IMG/VR virus record: IMGVR_UViG_2061766007_000638
DNA from: an uncultured virus (IMG/VR IMGVR_UViG_2061766007_000638)
Taxonomy: Duplodnaviria; Heunggongvirae; Uroviricota; Caudoviricetes
Length of the DNA: 64,000 bases
Strand: one strand, 5' to 3'
The position numbers were made by a program, and so were the translations under genes. The notes under the pieces are model-generated. The model was not told where the DNA came from and searched no databases. It saw nothing but the letters and a program-made list of their open reading frames with translations. Shown here in pieces: positions 11,328 through 21,670 of the stretch. Each line of letters begins with the position of its first letter. The first letter of the stretch is position 1.

Positions 11328-12002
11328 TGCAGGAGATTTACTTCAATGACAGGTATTTGTCTGAATTTTCGTGTGTCATTACAGAACCGCCGAAAAGACC
11401 TTTTCCGAAACGAAAATATGAAAAAATCTCCGTTCCGGGCAGAAACGGGGATTTAGTGCTTGATGATGAATGCTATGAAAACATTTCTCTGACATACAAN
11501 NNNNNNNNNGAAAGCATGGCTTTTATCCTCTGTCGAGTACAAAAAACTTTATGATACAGAACTGCCTGAAGGCTTTAACTGGGCATTCTGTTCAGGCATT
11601 TCTGACGCTGTAAAGACCTTTGATGAGATGTATGAGTTTAACATAACTTTCGACTGCAAGCCGTTTTTCTATCTCGATACGGGGCAGATTAAAAAAACCT
11701 TCACATCAACTTCCATAAGCCTTTACAATGAGGGAAATTACAAAGCTTATCCTGAAATAAAAATAGTCGGTACAGGTCGGATAATGTGCTATGTCAACGG
11801 ACAGTATTTTACAATTTCCAATGTATCTCCGAATGTCATTGTTGACAGTGAAAAAATGCTTGCTTATTCAAGTAATCTTATCGATAAGTCGGACTTGTTT
11901 TCGGGAAAATATCCGATACTTTCTGTCGGGGCAAATACTATTTCATTTGTTGGTGCAGGCTTTCAGTCAGCAGTAATAACAACAAGGTGGTGCAATTTAT
12001 GA
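11327..12002 (+). CDS. Distal tail protein (Dit), split by a gap
   Basis: ISVPGRNGDL, FDCKPFFY, YPILSVGANTI motifs. Confidence 0.8.
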
Positions 12003-14044
12003 TACCTCAGCTTATCAACATCAATAACAGAATACTCGGTTCATTGACTGACTGCACCCGTCTGTATGTGACGCAGGAACGAAACGGCATTTATGAAGCG
12101 GAATTTGATTTGCCTGTCAATTCCGCTCTGCATGACAAGGTAAAAACAGGGTGTTTTATATATGCCAAGCCCGATGACATATCCGAAAATCAGAAATTCA
12201 GAGTGTATGGACGCTTTTATGACAAAATCAAAAAAGTGACTACATTTTATTGTGAGCATATCCGTTACAAGCTTTCAGGTGTGCCTGTTGCACCGAAAAC
12301 ATACAGCGGTACTCCGTCAAGTATTCTTTCCGAAATGCTGACTTCCGTAAAATCAAGTACAGAGTTTACGGCATGGTCTGACATATCCGCTGTTAAAGAT
12401 GTCAAAATGGAAGTGCCGTCAACAGCAGGTGCAATGCTGGCAGGTCAGGAAGGCTCTGTTCTTGACACTTTCGGCGGTGAATATGAATTTGACAATTATA
12501 CTGTCAAGCTGTATCAAAACAGAGGGCAGGAAAAGAAAACAGAAATCCGTTACAGAAAAAATCTGACAGGCTTCACCTGCAAGGAGGATACCACAAGCAC
12601 ATATACTCATGTTTACCCATATTACAGAAATGAAGACGGCGTATATGTAGAACTTGACAATAAGACTATCACTCTTGCCAATGCGTCAAGGCTTCCTTTT
12701 GAAAACTGCTATATGCTTGACTTGTCGGCAGAGTTTGAAAATCCCCCGACAAAATCACAATTACTTGCAAAAGCGAATGCTTTTATCCGTGCCAATGACC
12801 TTGACACAATTTCACGGCATTACAAAGTATCATTTATTCCACTCTGGCAGACAGAGGAATATAAAAATCTCGCTGTACTTGAAAGATGTGGGCTTTGCGA
12901 TACGGTATCAATCGTGCATGAAAATGAAACTGTCAAGGCGAAAATTATCAAGACCATTTATGACGCACTTAATGAAAGATATGTTTCAATGGAACTCGGC
13001 AACGCTGTAAGCAGTTTTGCACAGACCGTACAGCAGTCTGTAAGACAGGTTGAAAACAATCTTCAAAACACAAAGTCATTTTTACAGCAGTCCATTGAAC
13101 GACAGACAAAGCGTATTACAGGCAATCAGGGCGGATATGTTGTAATGAATGATGATAATCAAGACGGCTATCCCGATGAAATACTGATAATGAATGATTT
13201 GTCGATAGGTTCTGCAACAAAGGTGTGGAGGGCAAATTTGAGCGGTATCGGATACAGTAATCACGGTTATGCAGGTCCTTTTGAGCTTGCTTTGACAATG
13301 GACGGTGAAATCAATGCGAGCATGATAACAACAGGCTCACTTGATGCAAGTATTATCCGAACAGGCGTTTTGAATGCCGATTTGATAAAGTCCGGTAAAA
13401 TACAGTCTGTCAACGGGAATATGTCAATTAATATGCAGAACGGCAAAATTGACATGAATGTCACCAACGGAAAAGCACTGGAAATCTGGACACAGGGAAT
13501 TACAATGCTTTCCGCCAATGATGATATATTGACATCAATGTATGTCAGTACGGGCGGTTTAGGTATCGTAACGGCTAACAGAATGCTTGTCGGTATTCGT
13601 GACGGTGAAAGAGTTACCATTTCCGCAGACAGTTCAAACGGTTATGTCCGTGCAGATACAATTTATACAGATACCGTTTCGGCAAATGCAAACAGTAGCA
13701 TATCCGTTTCAAGCGATATGTCAATAACGGGTACTTTATCTGCAAACAGTATTTCATCTGCAACAAGCATTTCAGCAAATGGAAATGCAGGTATTGTATC
13801 AGCAGGCTATGCTGTACGCAGTAAGAGATTTTCTCTTGAAAAGTCCAATAATACTTATGAAAATGTCTTGACGGTATTAAATGATAAAACATTGATGTCA
13901 AGTGATATTGCCGAAATAAAGACATTAAAAGTATATGATACTGCAAACAATGCTTTCAGAGAATTTGAATTGAAAGTTGTCGGTGTTACAGATGTAAATT
14001 CAGGCGGAACAGTACCGATAACAATTTTAGTGAAAAAGGAGTAA
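11999..14044 (+). CDS. Tail-associated endopeptidase-like baseplate hub/spike (Tal)
   Basis: QERNGIYEAEF, GSVLDTFGGEYEFDN, IRYRKNL motifs; beta-repeat C-terminus. Confidence 0.88.
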   Translation: MIPQLININNRILGSLTDCTRLYVTQERNGIYEAEFDLPVNSALHDKVKTGCFIYAKPDDISENQKFRVYGRFYDKIKKVTTFYCEHIRYKLSGVPVAPKTYSGTPSSILSEMLTSVKSSTEFTAWSDISAVKDVKMEVPSTAGAMLAGQEGSVLDTFGGEYEFDNYTVKLYQNRGQEKKTEIRYRKNLTGFTCKEDTTSTYTHVYPYYRNEDGVYVELDNKTITLANASRLPFENCYMLDLSAEFENPPTKSQLLAKANAFIRANDLDTISRHYKVSFIPLWQTEEYKNLAVLERCGLCDTVSIVHENETVKAKIIKTIYDALNERYVSMELGNAVSSFAQTVQQSVRQVENNLQNTKSFLQQSIERQTKRITGNQGGYVVMNDDNQDGYPDEILIMNDLSIGSATKVWRANLSGIGYSNHGYAGPFELALTMDGEINASMITTGSLDASIIRTGVLNADLIKSGKIQSVNGNMSINMQNGKIDMNVTNGKALEIWTQGITMLSANDDILTSMYVSTGGLGIVTANRMLVGIRDGERVTISADSSNGYVRADTIYTDTVSANANSSISVSSDMSITGTLSANSISSATSISANGNAGIVSAGYAVRSKRFSLEKSNNTYENVLTVLNDKTLMSSDIAEIKTLKVYDTANNAFREFELKVVGVTDVNSGGTVPITILVKKE

Positions 14045-14050
14045 TTAAAA

Positions 14051-14197
14051 ATGGAACTCACAGAAACAGATGTCAGAAATATTTTGATTTTGCTTTCCCG
14101 TGTGACCGTCAAAGCAGGCGAGGCAAGAGATTTTGTTGCATTATGTGACAAGCTCAACGGCATACTTGAACAGGGAGCGGAGGAAAATGAGCAATGA
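14051..14197 (+). CDS. Small tail-region protein (48 aa, below ORF-track cutoff)
   Basis: AAGGAG RBS; MELTETDVRNILILLSRVTVKAGEA...; packed between neighbours. Confidence 0.6.
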   Translation: MELTETDVRNILILLSRVTVKAGEARDFVALCDKLNGILEQGAEENEQ

Positions 14198-14558
14198 AAT
14201 AACAATTACCAAGCCGATACAGCATTTGGTACTTTATCAGGGCAATTCCGTTTATATAACAGTTTTGCTTGCTGATATAATCAACGACAGCTCCTATCAG
14301 CTTTCAGCAGGCGATAAACTCATATTCGGCGTAAAGAGAAAAAAGAATGCCAATGAATTTGTCATTAAAAAGATACTTACTTCCGCAGATGAGCTTGACG
14401 GGGAATATACTTTTTCTTTTACTCCCGAAGATATGAATATCTTTCCATGCAGGTATTATTATGATGTGGGCTTGCAGTTTTCGGACGGCGGTTTTGAAAC
14501 GGTCGTTCACCCGTCAAGATTCAGAGTTATCGGAACTGTCGCAGGAAAGGAGGCATAA
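14187..14558 (+). CDS. BppU-like baseplate/fibre attachment protein
   Basis: YQGNS...FTPEDM...YYYDV pattern; position. Confidence 0.6.
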   Translation: MSNEITITKPIQHLVLYQGNSVYITVLLADIINDSSYQLSAGDKLIFGVKRKKNANEFVIKKILTSADELDGEYTFSFTPEDMNIFPCRYYYDVGLQFSDGGFETVVHPSRFRVIGTVAGKEA

Positions 14559-14559
14559 T

Positions 14560-16434
14560 ATGCCGAATATACAAGTACGAAGTATTACAGGAAGTGTCAC
14601 GAATACAGCAAGTGAAAATGCTGCCTATGCGAGAACTAATGGCAGAATAGATACGCTTGAAAGTGCTTTAGGCAATGCAATCACTACAAACGGGGAATTT
14701 GATGATACTTTGGGCTGGTGGGCTCAGGTGCAGAATGGACACGGTAATGATTTGGGCGATAAACGAGAGGACTCCATTCTTGTCCATAAAAGAGAGTTAG
14801 TCGAGAATTTCAAAAACCGTGACATATCTCCCGTGATAGTGACACAGACAAAAGTAACATACAACAGCAATACAGGCGAAAATTTCACCCGTATGGGCAG
14901 TGAATACCATGAATTGATTGGAGAGGGCTACTGCAATGCAACGCAGGACCATTCAACACCCAATTTTACCGCTATGGGAGCAACCTGTCATAACAAGTTT
15001 AAAGGAAATGTAGGCATGGCGGCTGTCATAGGAAGGATAGAAGATGTTGCATATACAGATGAAGAACTTGGAATTTCCGCCAACGACACACAAGGACAAA
15101 CAGGATTAGGCTCAAGCAAATCATGTGCAGGCGGATTTATGGTGACAAGGCGTTCCAATTACAGTCAGGGGCGACACAGTGCCAGCTATTCGATAGGACT
15201 TGAAACCTATACTTTAAATGCAGCGGAAGAAGACGGCATACTCGGCACGGAGGGATATGCTTCAAATGACGACTTTCACAGACACCGTACATGGATAAAC
15301 GGCTTTCACTGTGTAGGCGGAGGTCGCAGACCTGCAACAGACGGCATTTTGATAAACGGTTTTACAACAACTGTTTCGATTGATGCCAACGGCAATTCTA
15401 CATCTGATACCAGCCAAATTTCAAAAAAAGTCACTATGCACAACGGCTTTTTAAATGGAATTACTATTGGCGGTTCTTCTATGGCAGTCCGTCATATTGT
15501 CAAAGTTACCGATGCAGACGGTACAGAGTTATCAGGCTATACGACAGACGGAAACAGTGTTGAAACTGTCGGAATCAACACTTCAAGCTGGAGTAAATCA
15601 GAGGGCAAAAATTACGGATTTTATCTGTTAAAACACGGATATTCAGGAAGAATACTGCATTCAAGGGGAACGGCTCTGTTCGACACACCCGGTACAAAAT
15701 ATCTTAATTCAAACGGAAATATGCCTTTTGCTATTTCTGCAAACGGTGTTCCGTACATCGACTTAAAGACAGGTACGGACAGCAATTATTACGAAGACGC
15801 ATCAGCAAGGAAAATCCCAAAGGAACGCCCCGATGACATTACCCGTGTAAGAATCGGCTATAACCCTGCTAATAACTATCTCAACACCACGTCTGACGGA
15901 GATATAAGATTTGTTGTAAACGGCACGTTCACAGCTCAAACAAATCAATCTGCCGAACCCGACCAAGACTCTCAGAACAACATTGTATCTGAAGATAATT
16001 CCGTTATATATAAATTTCAGGGAAGAAATTTCATTTCGAGTGTGACGGCTTCGACAGAGGAAAGTCCTCTTTATGCAAATTTGGGTGGTCCGTCTTATAA
16101 GTGGGGCAATATCTATGCCAATAACGGAACTATCAATACTTCCGACAAAAACGCAAAAACCGATATTTCCGACATTGACGAGCGTGTGTTGCGTGCATGG
16201 GCAAAAGTAGGCTACAAAGCGTTCAAATTCAAGAACGGCGACAGAAAGCATATAGGCGTAATTGCCCAAGATATTGACGAGGCTTTTCAGTCCGAAGGAC
16301 TTGACGCAAGGAACTTCGGATTGTTTTGTGAGGACATTGACAAAAACGGGAATGTCACTCTCGGTGTAAGGTATTCGGAGTGCCTTGCCCTTGAATGTGC
16401 GTTGACGAGATATAGAATGGAGTGTGTTGCATAA
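14560..16434 (+). CDS. Tail fibre/spike with C-terminal intramolecular chaperone (peptidase S74-like)
   Basis: NLGGPSYKWGNIYANNGTINTSDKNAKTDI...HIGVIAQDI...GVRYSE. Confidence 0.85.
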   Translation: MPNIQVRSITGSVTNTASENAAYARTNGRIDTLESALGNAITTNGEFDDTLGWWAQVQNGHGNDLGDKREDSILVHKRELVENFKNRDISPVIVTQTKVTYNSNTGENFTRMGSEYHELIGEGYCNATQDHSTPNFTAMGATCHNKFKGNVGMAAVIGRIEDVAYTDEELGISANDTQGQTGLGSSKSCAGGFMVTRRSNYSQGRHSASYSIGLETYTLNAAEEDGILGTEGYASNDDFHRHRTWINGFHCVGGGRRPATDGILINGFTTTVSIDANGNSTSDTSQISKKVTMHNGFLNGITIGGSSMAVRHIVKVTDADGTELSGYTTDGNSVETVGINTSSWSKSEGKNYGFYLLKHGYSGRILHSRGTALFDTPGTKYLNSNGNMPFAISANGVPYIDLKTGTDSNYYEDASARKIPKERPDDITRVRIGYNPANNYLNTTSDGDIRFVVNGTFTAQTNQSAEPDQDSQNNIVSEDNSVIYKFQGRNFISSVTASTEESPLYANLGGPSYKWGNIYANNGTINTSDKNAKTDISDIDERVLRAWAKVGYKAFKFKNGDRKHIGVIAQDIDEAFQSEGLDARNFGLFCEDIDKNGNVTLGVRYSECLALECALTRYRMECVA

Positions 16435-16703
16435 TGACAAAAACCATATTGGGAATGACGTTTGATATTTCAAATATTCCCGATTTCGGAAGTATGAAAA
16501 TTGATAAACAGAATACCTGCTTGTTTTTAATGTCAGACGATATTCATAAGCTCAACGGTCTTTTGACAAATGCTGTATGTGTCGGGGAATACGGAGCGGA
16601 CAAATTTGCTTTTGATACAGGTGACATTGCATATGTCATCGATTCGGGAAGGGCTTTCATCTATGAAGCGTCAACCGATACATGGTATGAACAGGGGGTG
16701 TAA
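16434..16703 (+). CDS. Hypothetical tail-region protein
   Basis: Coupled ORF, GDIAYVIDSG...TWYEQ. Confidence 0.65.
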   Translation: MTKTILGMTFDISNIPDFGSMKIDKQNTCLFLMSDDIHKLNGLLTNAVCVGEYGADKFAFDTGDIAYVIDSGRAFIYEASTDTWYEQGV

Positions 16704-16705
16704 GT

Positions 16706-17194
16706 ATGGACAAGCTTATATATATACTTTTGGCACAAAAATCAGGTACGACTTCTGAAACGGAAACTCAGAGTTTGCCTTTCACATTCAAATCAAACGG
16801 CAGGAAACTCAAAAATTACCGCATTTACGGCAATACAGGAGGAGTCGGAGATTTCGACAGTACTGAAAACAAATATATTATTCCTGTCACGGTCAACGGC
16901 ACGGCAACTAATATTTCTCTTGACAGCCCTTTGGGGCTTGATGATTATATCGACTTTAACGACCAGAAACGATACAATTCCGACAATACATCTGAAATCG
17001 TTCTGCTTCCTGCAATAGCGACTGTCAACGGCATAAATATTCTTGACATCGGCACAGCCGTAACCCCGTTAAAAATCGGCATACAGGGAGATATTGACAC
17101 GTCGGGGTTGCTTTACGTTGACGTTGACAACACGAGATATGCGGGTAGGCTCAAAGTCATAAATGGAAAACCTGTTTACGAATATTATACATAA
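16706..17194 (+). CDS. Hypothetical tail-region protein
   Basis: RBS, beta-rich, co-oriented. Confidence 0.65.
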   Translation: MDKLIYILLAQKSGTTSETETQSLPFTFKSNGRKLKNYRIYGNTGGVGDFDSTENKYIIPVTVNGTATNISLDSPLGLDDYIDFNDQKRYNSDNTSEIVLLPAIATVNGINILDIGTAVTPLKIGIQGDIDTSGLLYVDVDNTRYAGRLKVINGKPVYEYYT

Positions 17195-17306
17195 GGAGAG
17201 GTAAAAACATGATAAATCAGTTTGGATTTGTTTCGGAGGAAACATTTGCGGAAAAGATGGACACTCAGAATGTTCTTTTGGCAGGACTGCTTGAATNNNN
17301 NNNNNN

Positions 17307-18367
17307 TTTGAAACACGGATATTCTCCACGAATACTTCACAGCAGAGGTGCTGCATTGTTTGAAGTTCCCGGAGCAAAGTTTTTTAATTCTACCGGAAGT
17401 ATGCCTTTTGCAATATCCTGTGTTAATGAATACACTTACAAAGATGAACAGCAAGTTGAACATACTGCTCACGGAGTGCCATATCTTGATTTTAAGATTG
17501 GCAGTTCAAGTGATTTCTTTCAAAATAACAAACCGGTTGAAAGACCGACTGACACAACACGTTCAAGAATTGGCTATGTTTCAACGTCAAATTCAATGAA
17601 TGTTTCCTCTGACGGTGCTATCAATTTTCTGACAGCAAGGAATTTTTCAACCAATGCAGTCGGAAAGACCTATTCCATGACCAACACGGATTTTTCCCCG
17701 TCAAGCCCTGCAAATCTCGGCACGGCTGATAATAAATGGGATACCGTTTATGCACAAACAGGCACTATCAATACATCTGACAGAAATGCAAAAACCGATA
17801 TTTCCGACATTGACGANNNNNNNNNNAATTGGAAGCGGTAAAATCAAAATTCAGTTCGTCAGGGGATTTCGTGCAAATAAAAAGTCTTTGAGTGCCGCTC
17901 TTGGTCTTGGTAACGATTGCGTGAACAGGCATATTGCCAAAAAGTTTTGTGATGACCTGACGGCAGCCGACAGAATAATCCGTATTGTCAACGGGTGAAA
18001 ATTCAAAATTATCAAGAGACAGTTGATTTCCTCTGACCTTTGGTCTTCCTTTTTTGCCTGTTTTAGCAGGCGGAAGATCATATAAAGCCGTATCGTGTCT
18101 GACATTGCAGNNNNNNNNNNAAGAATTTTGAGAGCTTGGGGAAAAGTCAATTACAAAGTTTTCAAGTTCAAAAACGGCAGCAGAAAGCATATAGGCGTAA
18201 TTGCACAAGACATTGACGAAGCTTTTAAAAGTGAGGGACTTAATGCTCGTGACTTCGGACTTTTCTGTGAAGATGTTGATGAAAGCGGAAATACCATTCT
18301 TGGTGTGAGATATGCGGAGTGCTTAGCTTTGGAATGTGCATATCTCAGAAGTAAGATTGGAGCGTGA
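17307..18367 (+). CDS. Second tail-fibre C-terminal allele with S74-like chaperone (fragmented)
   Basis: Shares LKHGYS.RILHSRG.ALF, TINTSD.NAKTDISDID and HIGVIAQDI with 14560-16434. Confidence 0.75.
17827..18110 (-). mobile_element. Transposase fragment (IS701/IS4-superfamily-like), gap-bounded
   Basis: VRHDTALYDLPPAKTGKKGRPKVRG motif. Confidence 0.6.
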
Positions 18368-18767
18368 TATTATGATAANNNNNNNNNNNNNNNNNNNNNN
18401 NNNNNNNNNNNNNNNNNNNNNNNNNNNNNNNNNNNNNNNNNNNNNNNNNNNNNNNNNNNNNNNNNNNNNNNNNNNNNNNNNNNNNNNNNNNNNNNNNNNN
18501 NNNNNNNNNNNNNNNNNNNNNNNNNNNNNNNNNNNNNNNNNNNNNNNNNNNNNNNNNNNNNNNNNNNNNNNNNNNNNNNNNNNNNNNNNNNNNNNNNNNN
18601 NNNNNNNNNNNNNNNNNNNNNNNNNNNNNNNNNNNNNNNNNNNNNNNNNNNNNNNNNNNNNNNNNNNNNNNNNNNNNNNNNNNNNNNNNNNNNNNNNNNN
18701 NNNNNNNNNNNNNNNNNNNNNNNNNNNNNNNNNNNNNNNNNNNNNNNNNNNNNNNNNNNNNNNNNNT

Positions 18768-18974
18768 TCGGACTACTCGGACTTGTCGAATGCAGGCATT
18801 AACGCAGACAGCAACCGTATCAAATACAGAAATAATGTTGCTCAGGGTTGGTGGCTTCGTTCCCCTGTTAATGCCAATGCCAGCCATGCCCGTACTGTAG
18901 GTGCAACGGGAAATATTTCACCAAGCTTTTCATCAAACAGCTATGGGATTTCCCCTGCTTGCAACGTGATTTAA
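18768..18974 (+). CDS. C-terminus of a DUF6273-like (C-type-lectin-fold) receptor-binding protein
   Basis: WWLRSP...ARTV...G...YGISPACNVI*; related N-terminal part GNNYYSESAVRQFINS at 21314-21484. Confidence 0.7.
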   Translation, partial: SDYSDLSNAGINADSNRIKYRNNVAQGWWLRSPVNANASHARTVGATGNISPSFSSNSYGISPACNVI

Positions 18975-18987
18975 GGAGGTCGATAAA

Positions 18988-19149
18988 ATGTTTGAATATA
19001 AAGACATAAAAAGACAGCTTTTGGAAGAAAAAAAGAACAATGCGGAATTGCAGGCGAAACTCGCCAAAACAAATGCAGATATTGAGTACATTGCCATGAT
19101 GACAGATGTTGAATTGGAAGAAACGGAGAGTGAAGAAAATGTCGAGTAA
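18988..19149 (+). CDS. Small coiled-coil tail-region protein (XkdW-like position)
   Basis: AAGGAGG RBS; MFEYKDIKRQLLEEK...ADIEYIAMMTDVEL. Confidence 0.65.
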   Translation: MFEYKDIKRQLLEEKKNNAELQAKLAKTNADIEYIAMMTDVELEETESEENVE

Positions 19150-19262
19150 GTTTCAGAAAGTAAAANNNNNNNNNNNNNNNNNNNNNNNNNNNNNNNNNNN
19201 NNNNNNNNNNNACGGCAGAGGAATTTGAAGAAATTACAGGAATAGCTTATGAGGTTGACTAA
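19139..19262 (+). CDS. XkdX-family protein (gapped)
   Basis: MSSKFQKV...TAEEFEEITG motif. Confidence 0.65.
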
Positions 19263-19502
19263 ATGGATTTTCAGATAATCAGTACAGTTATCAGTCTGTT
19301 CGGCTCACTTATAGGTACTTTTGCAGGCATTTTCGCAACAAGCAAACTTACTGAATACCGCATTAAAAAGCTTGAAGAAAAGGTTGAACAGCACAACAAT
19401 CTTATTGAAAGAATGTACCGTGTTGAAGATAAGCTGGTACTTCATGAAGAAAGAATCAAAGTTGTCAACCACAGACTGGAAGATTTGGAGGGAAAGACAT
19501 GA
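19263..19502 (+). CDS. Small membrane lysis-module protein
   Basis: N-terminal TM then YRIKKLEEKVEQHNNLIERMY coiled coil. Confidence 0.75.
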   Translation: MDFQIISTVISLFGSLIGTFAGIFATSKLTEYRIKKLEEKVEQHNNLIERMYRVEDKLVLHEERIKVVNHRLEDLEGKT

Positions 19503-19708
19503 GAAAACAATGGTTTAAGGCGGCAGGTATAAGAGCATTAAAAACTTTTGCACAAACCGCTGTTGCTACAATCGGAGTATCTGCGACCATGAGCGATATT
19601 AATTGGCTTGCAGTAGGCTCAGCATCACTTTTGGCGGCAATCCTTTCATTACTGACAAGCGTTGCAGGACTCCCTGAACTGAAAGGAGATGGAGAAAATG
19701 ACGGATAA
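19499..19708 (+). CDS. Holin (r1t-like family)
   Basis: WFKAAGIRALKTFAQTA...SLLTSVAGLPE. Confidence 0.88.
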   Translation: MRKQWFKAAGIRALKTFAQTAVATIGVSATMSDINWLAVGSASLLAAILSLLTSVAGLPELKGDGENDG

Positions 19709-20394
19709 AGAAAAATTTCTCGATACAGCTTGGAAATATCTCTCCTGCAACGGTGATTATGTCTGCAACGAAAAATTGCACTTGGGATATATCACACATT
19801 GGTGTGCTTATGCCGTGAGTGCGATAATGAAAGATTGTGGATTTATNNNNNNNNNNATTTTGACGGCGAAACAATTACCACCCTTGAGGGCAACGTTGAC
19901 GGAAACGATACTGCATGGGCGAAAACTTCAATATTTAAAAGAAAATACCGAGCTTTTAATGACTGGACAGTTTATGCCTTTTACCGCCCGAACTGGCAGA
20001 CCGAAACCAAAACTACAACTACNNNNNNNNNNNNNNNNNNGTTGAAATATATCAGATAAACTCGTCAAAAGAAGTTGATTATTTTGTCATGGTGGCAACG
20101 ATTGACGGTTTGAACATCAGACAGGGGGCAGGAACAAACTATAACAAGCTTGGGGTAGTAATCGGTGGAACGATATTGAAAGTAATTCGTTACACATCAN
20201 NNNNNNNNNNNNNNNNNNNNNNNNNNAACGGTATAACGGGCTGGATTGCTCTCGACTATACCAAAAAGATTGATATTGACGAAGTCGCGCGAGATGTAAT
20301 TCAAGGAAAATACGGAAACGGTGACGTGCGTAAACAAAAGCTTGGTATTTTGTATAATGCCGTACAGAAAAGGGTAAATGAAATTCTCAGGTAA
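19698..20394 (+). CDS. Endolysin allele 1 (CHAP-SH3-CW_7), fragmented by gaps
   Basis: HWCAYAVS, TLEGNV, LNIRQGAG, VIQGKYGNG. Confidence 0.8.
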
Positions 20395-20522
20395 AGGAAA
20401 ATTACGATGATAACTTTTAAGNNNNNNNNNNNNNNNNNNNNNNNNNNNNNNNNNNNNNNNNNNNNNNNNNNNNNNNNNNNNNNNNNNNNNNNNNNNNNNN
20501 NNNNNNNNNNNNNNNNNNNNNN

Positions 20523-20915
20523 GAAGGTGTCGAGGCTTTATCGTCTGCGACACCTGTAGATACGGGAAAAACGGCAAGTTCATGGAAATATGAAATTATT
20601 CGCAAAAAAGACAGTATTGAAATTGTGTGGAAGAATACAAACATTNNNNNNNNNNNNNNNNNNNNNNNNNNNNNNNNNNNNNNNNNNNNNNNNNNNNNNN
20701 NNNNNNNNNNNNNNNNNNNNNNNNNNNNNCAATCCGTCCGATATTCGATACGCTTGCAAATGAGGCATGGAGGGAGGTTACAAAGCTGTGAGCAGAGAAA
20801 TTGATGAGAAAATTGTATCAATGCGGTTCGACAATAAACAGTTTGAAAGTAATGTTCAGACGAGTTTGTCAACAATTGATAAATTGAAACAAAGTTTAAA
20901 TTTTTCAGGTGCGGC
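20523..20915 (+). CDS. Fragments of tail-completion and tape-measure genes of an unrelated phage
   Basis: ATPVDTGKTASSW and SREIDEKIVSMRFDNKQFE motifs, gap-bounded. Confidence 0.55.
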
Positions 20916-21522
20916 NNNNNNNNNNTTATCGGTATCGACCACGATACGCCTGCCGACAGTCAGTTTACGCACAGTATGACGTTGCAGATGCATGAATGTT
21001 TGCCGAATATGGTTTATGATGTGCCCGAAGCCCTTTNNNNNNNNNNNNNNNNNNNNNNNNNNNNNNNNNNNNNNNNNNNNNNNNNNAGGAACATACAATT
21101 TCACAATTCAAAGCGGTTATGAAACATCATACGGCGGTGGGAAAACATATCAGTTCACACTTGAAAATAACGTTCCTGTCGGCGGTCAGCTCACTTTCGG
21201 CTGGACGAATAATNNNNNNNNNNNNNNNNNNNNNNNNNNNNNNNNNNNNNNNNNNNNNNNNNNNNNNNNNNNNNNNNNNNNNNNNNNNNNNNNNNNNNNN
21301 NNNNNNNNNNNNNGATGGAACAACCACTAATCTCAATCATATCCATAAAGTGAGATTTGGCAATAATTATTATTCCGAAAGTGCTGTCAGGCAGTTTATC
21401 AACAGCGACGGAGCAATAGGAAATGCATGGACGTATAAAAATAAATTTGACAGACCTCCCGCATGGGCAATGTCGTCAACTTAAGAAAATCCGCCTTTCA
21501 AAAAGTGTTAATNNNNNNNNNN

Positions 21523-21670
21523 GCTTGTTGCCGTCTGGCTCATTATAAACGAGCTGATAAGTGTACTTGAAAACCTTTCACGAATGGGCGTGCCGATACC
21601 GAGCTTTTTGAAAAAGCTGATAAACAGACTGAAAACAACGGTTGATGAAAGCGAGGAAAATTCAAAATGA
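21523..21670 (+). CDS. Holin C-terminus (phage holin 4_1 type)
   Basis: My translation: LVAVWLIINELISVLENLSRMGVPIPSFLKKL...*; overlaps the lysin start. Confidence 0.8.

Noticed and set aside
384..16473. Many minus-strand and off-frame ORFs within the structural module
   Set aside because: Shadow ORFs opposite well-supported genes, with no recognisable motifs.
17827..18110. IS insertion inactivating the tail fibre
   Set aside because: Gap-bounded on both sides with no terminal repeats; it shares a short (C/T)GACATTG word with the flank, which suggests a scaffolding artefact.
18768..21484. Complete diversity-generating retroelement
   Set aside because: No reverse transcriptase, Avd or template repeat seen in the window.
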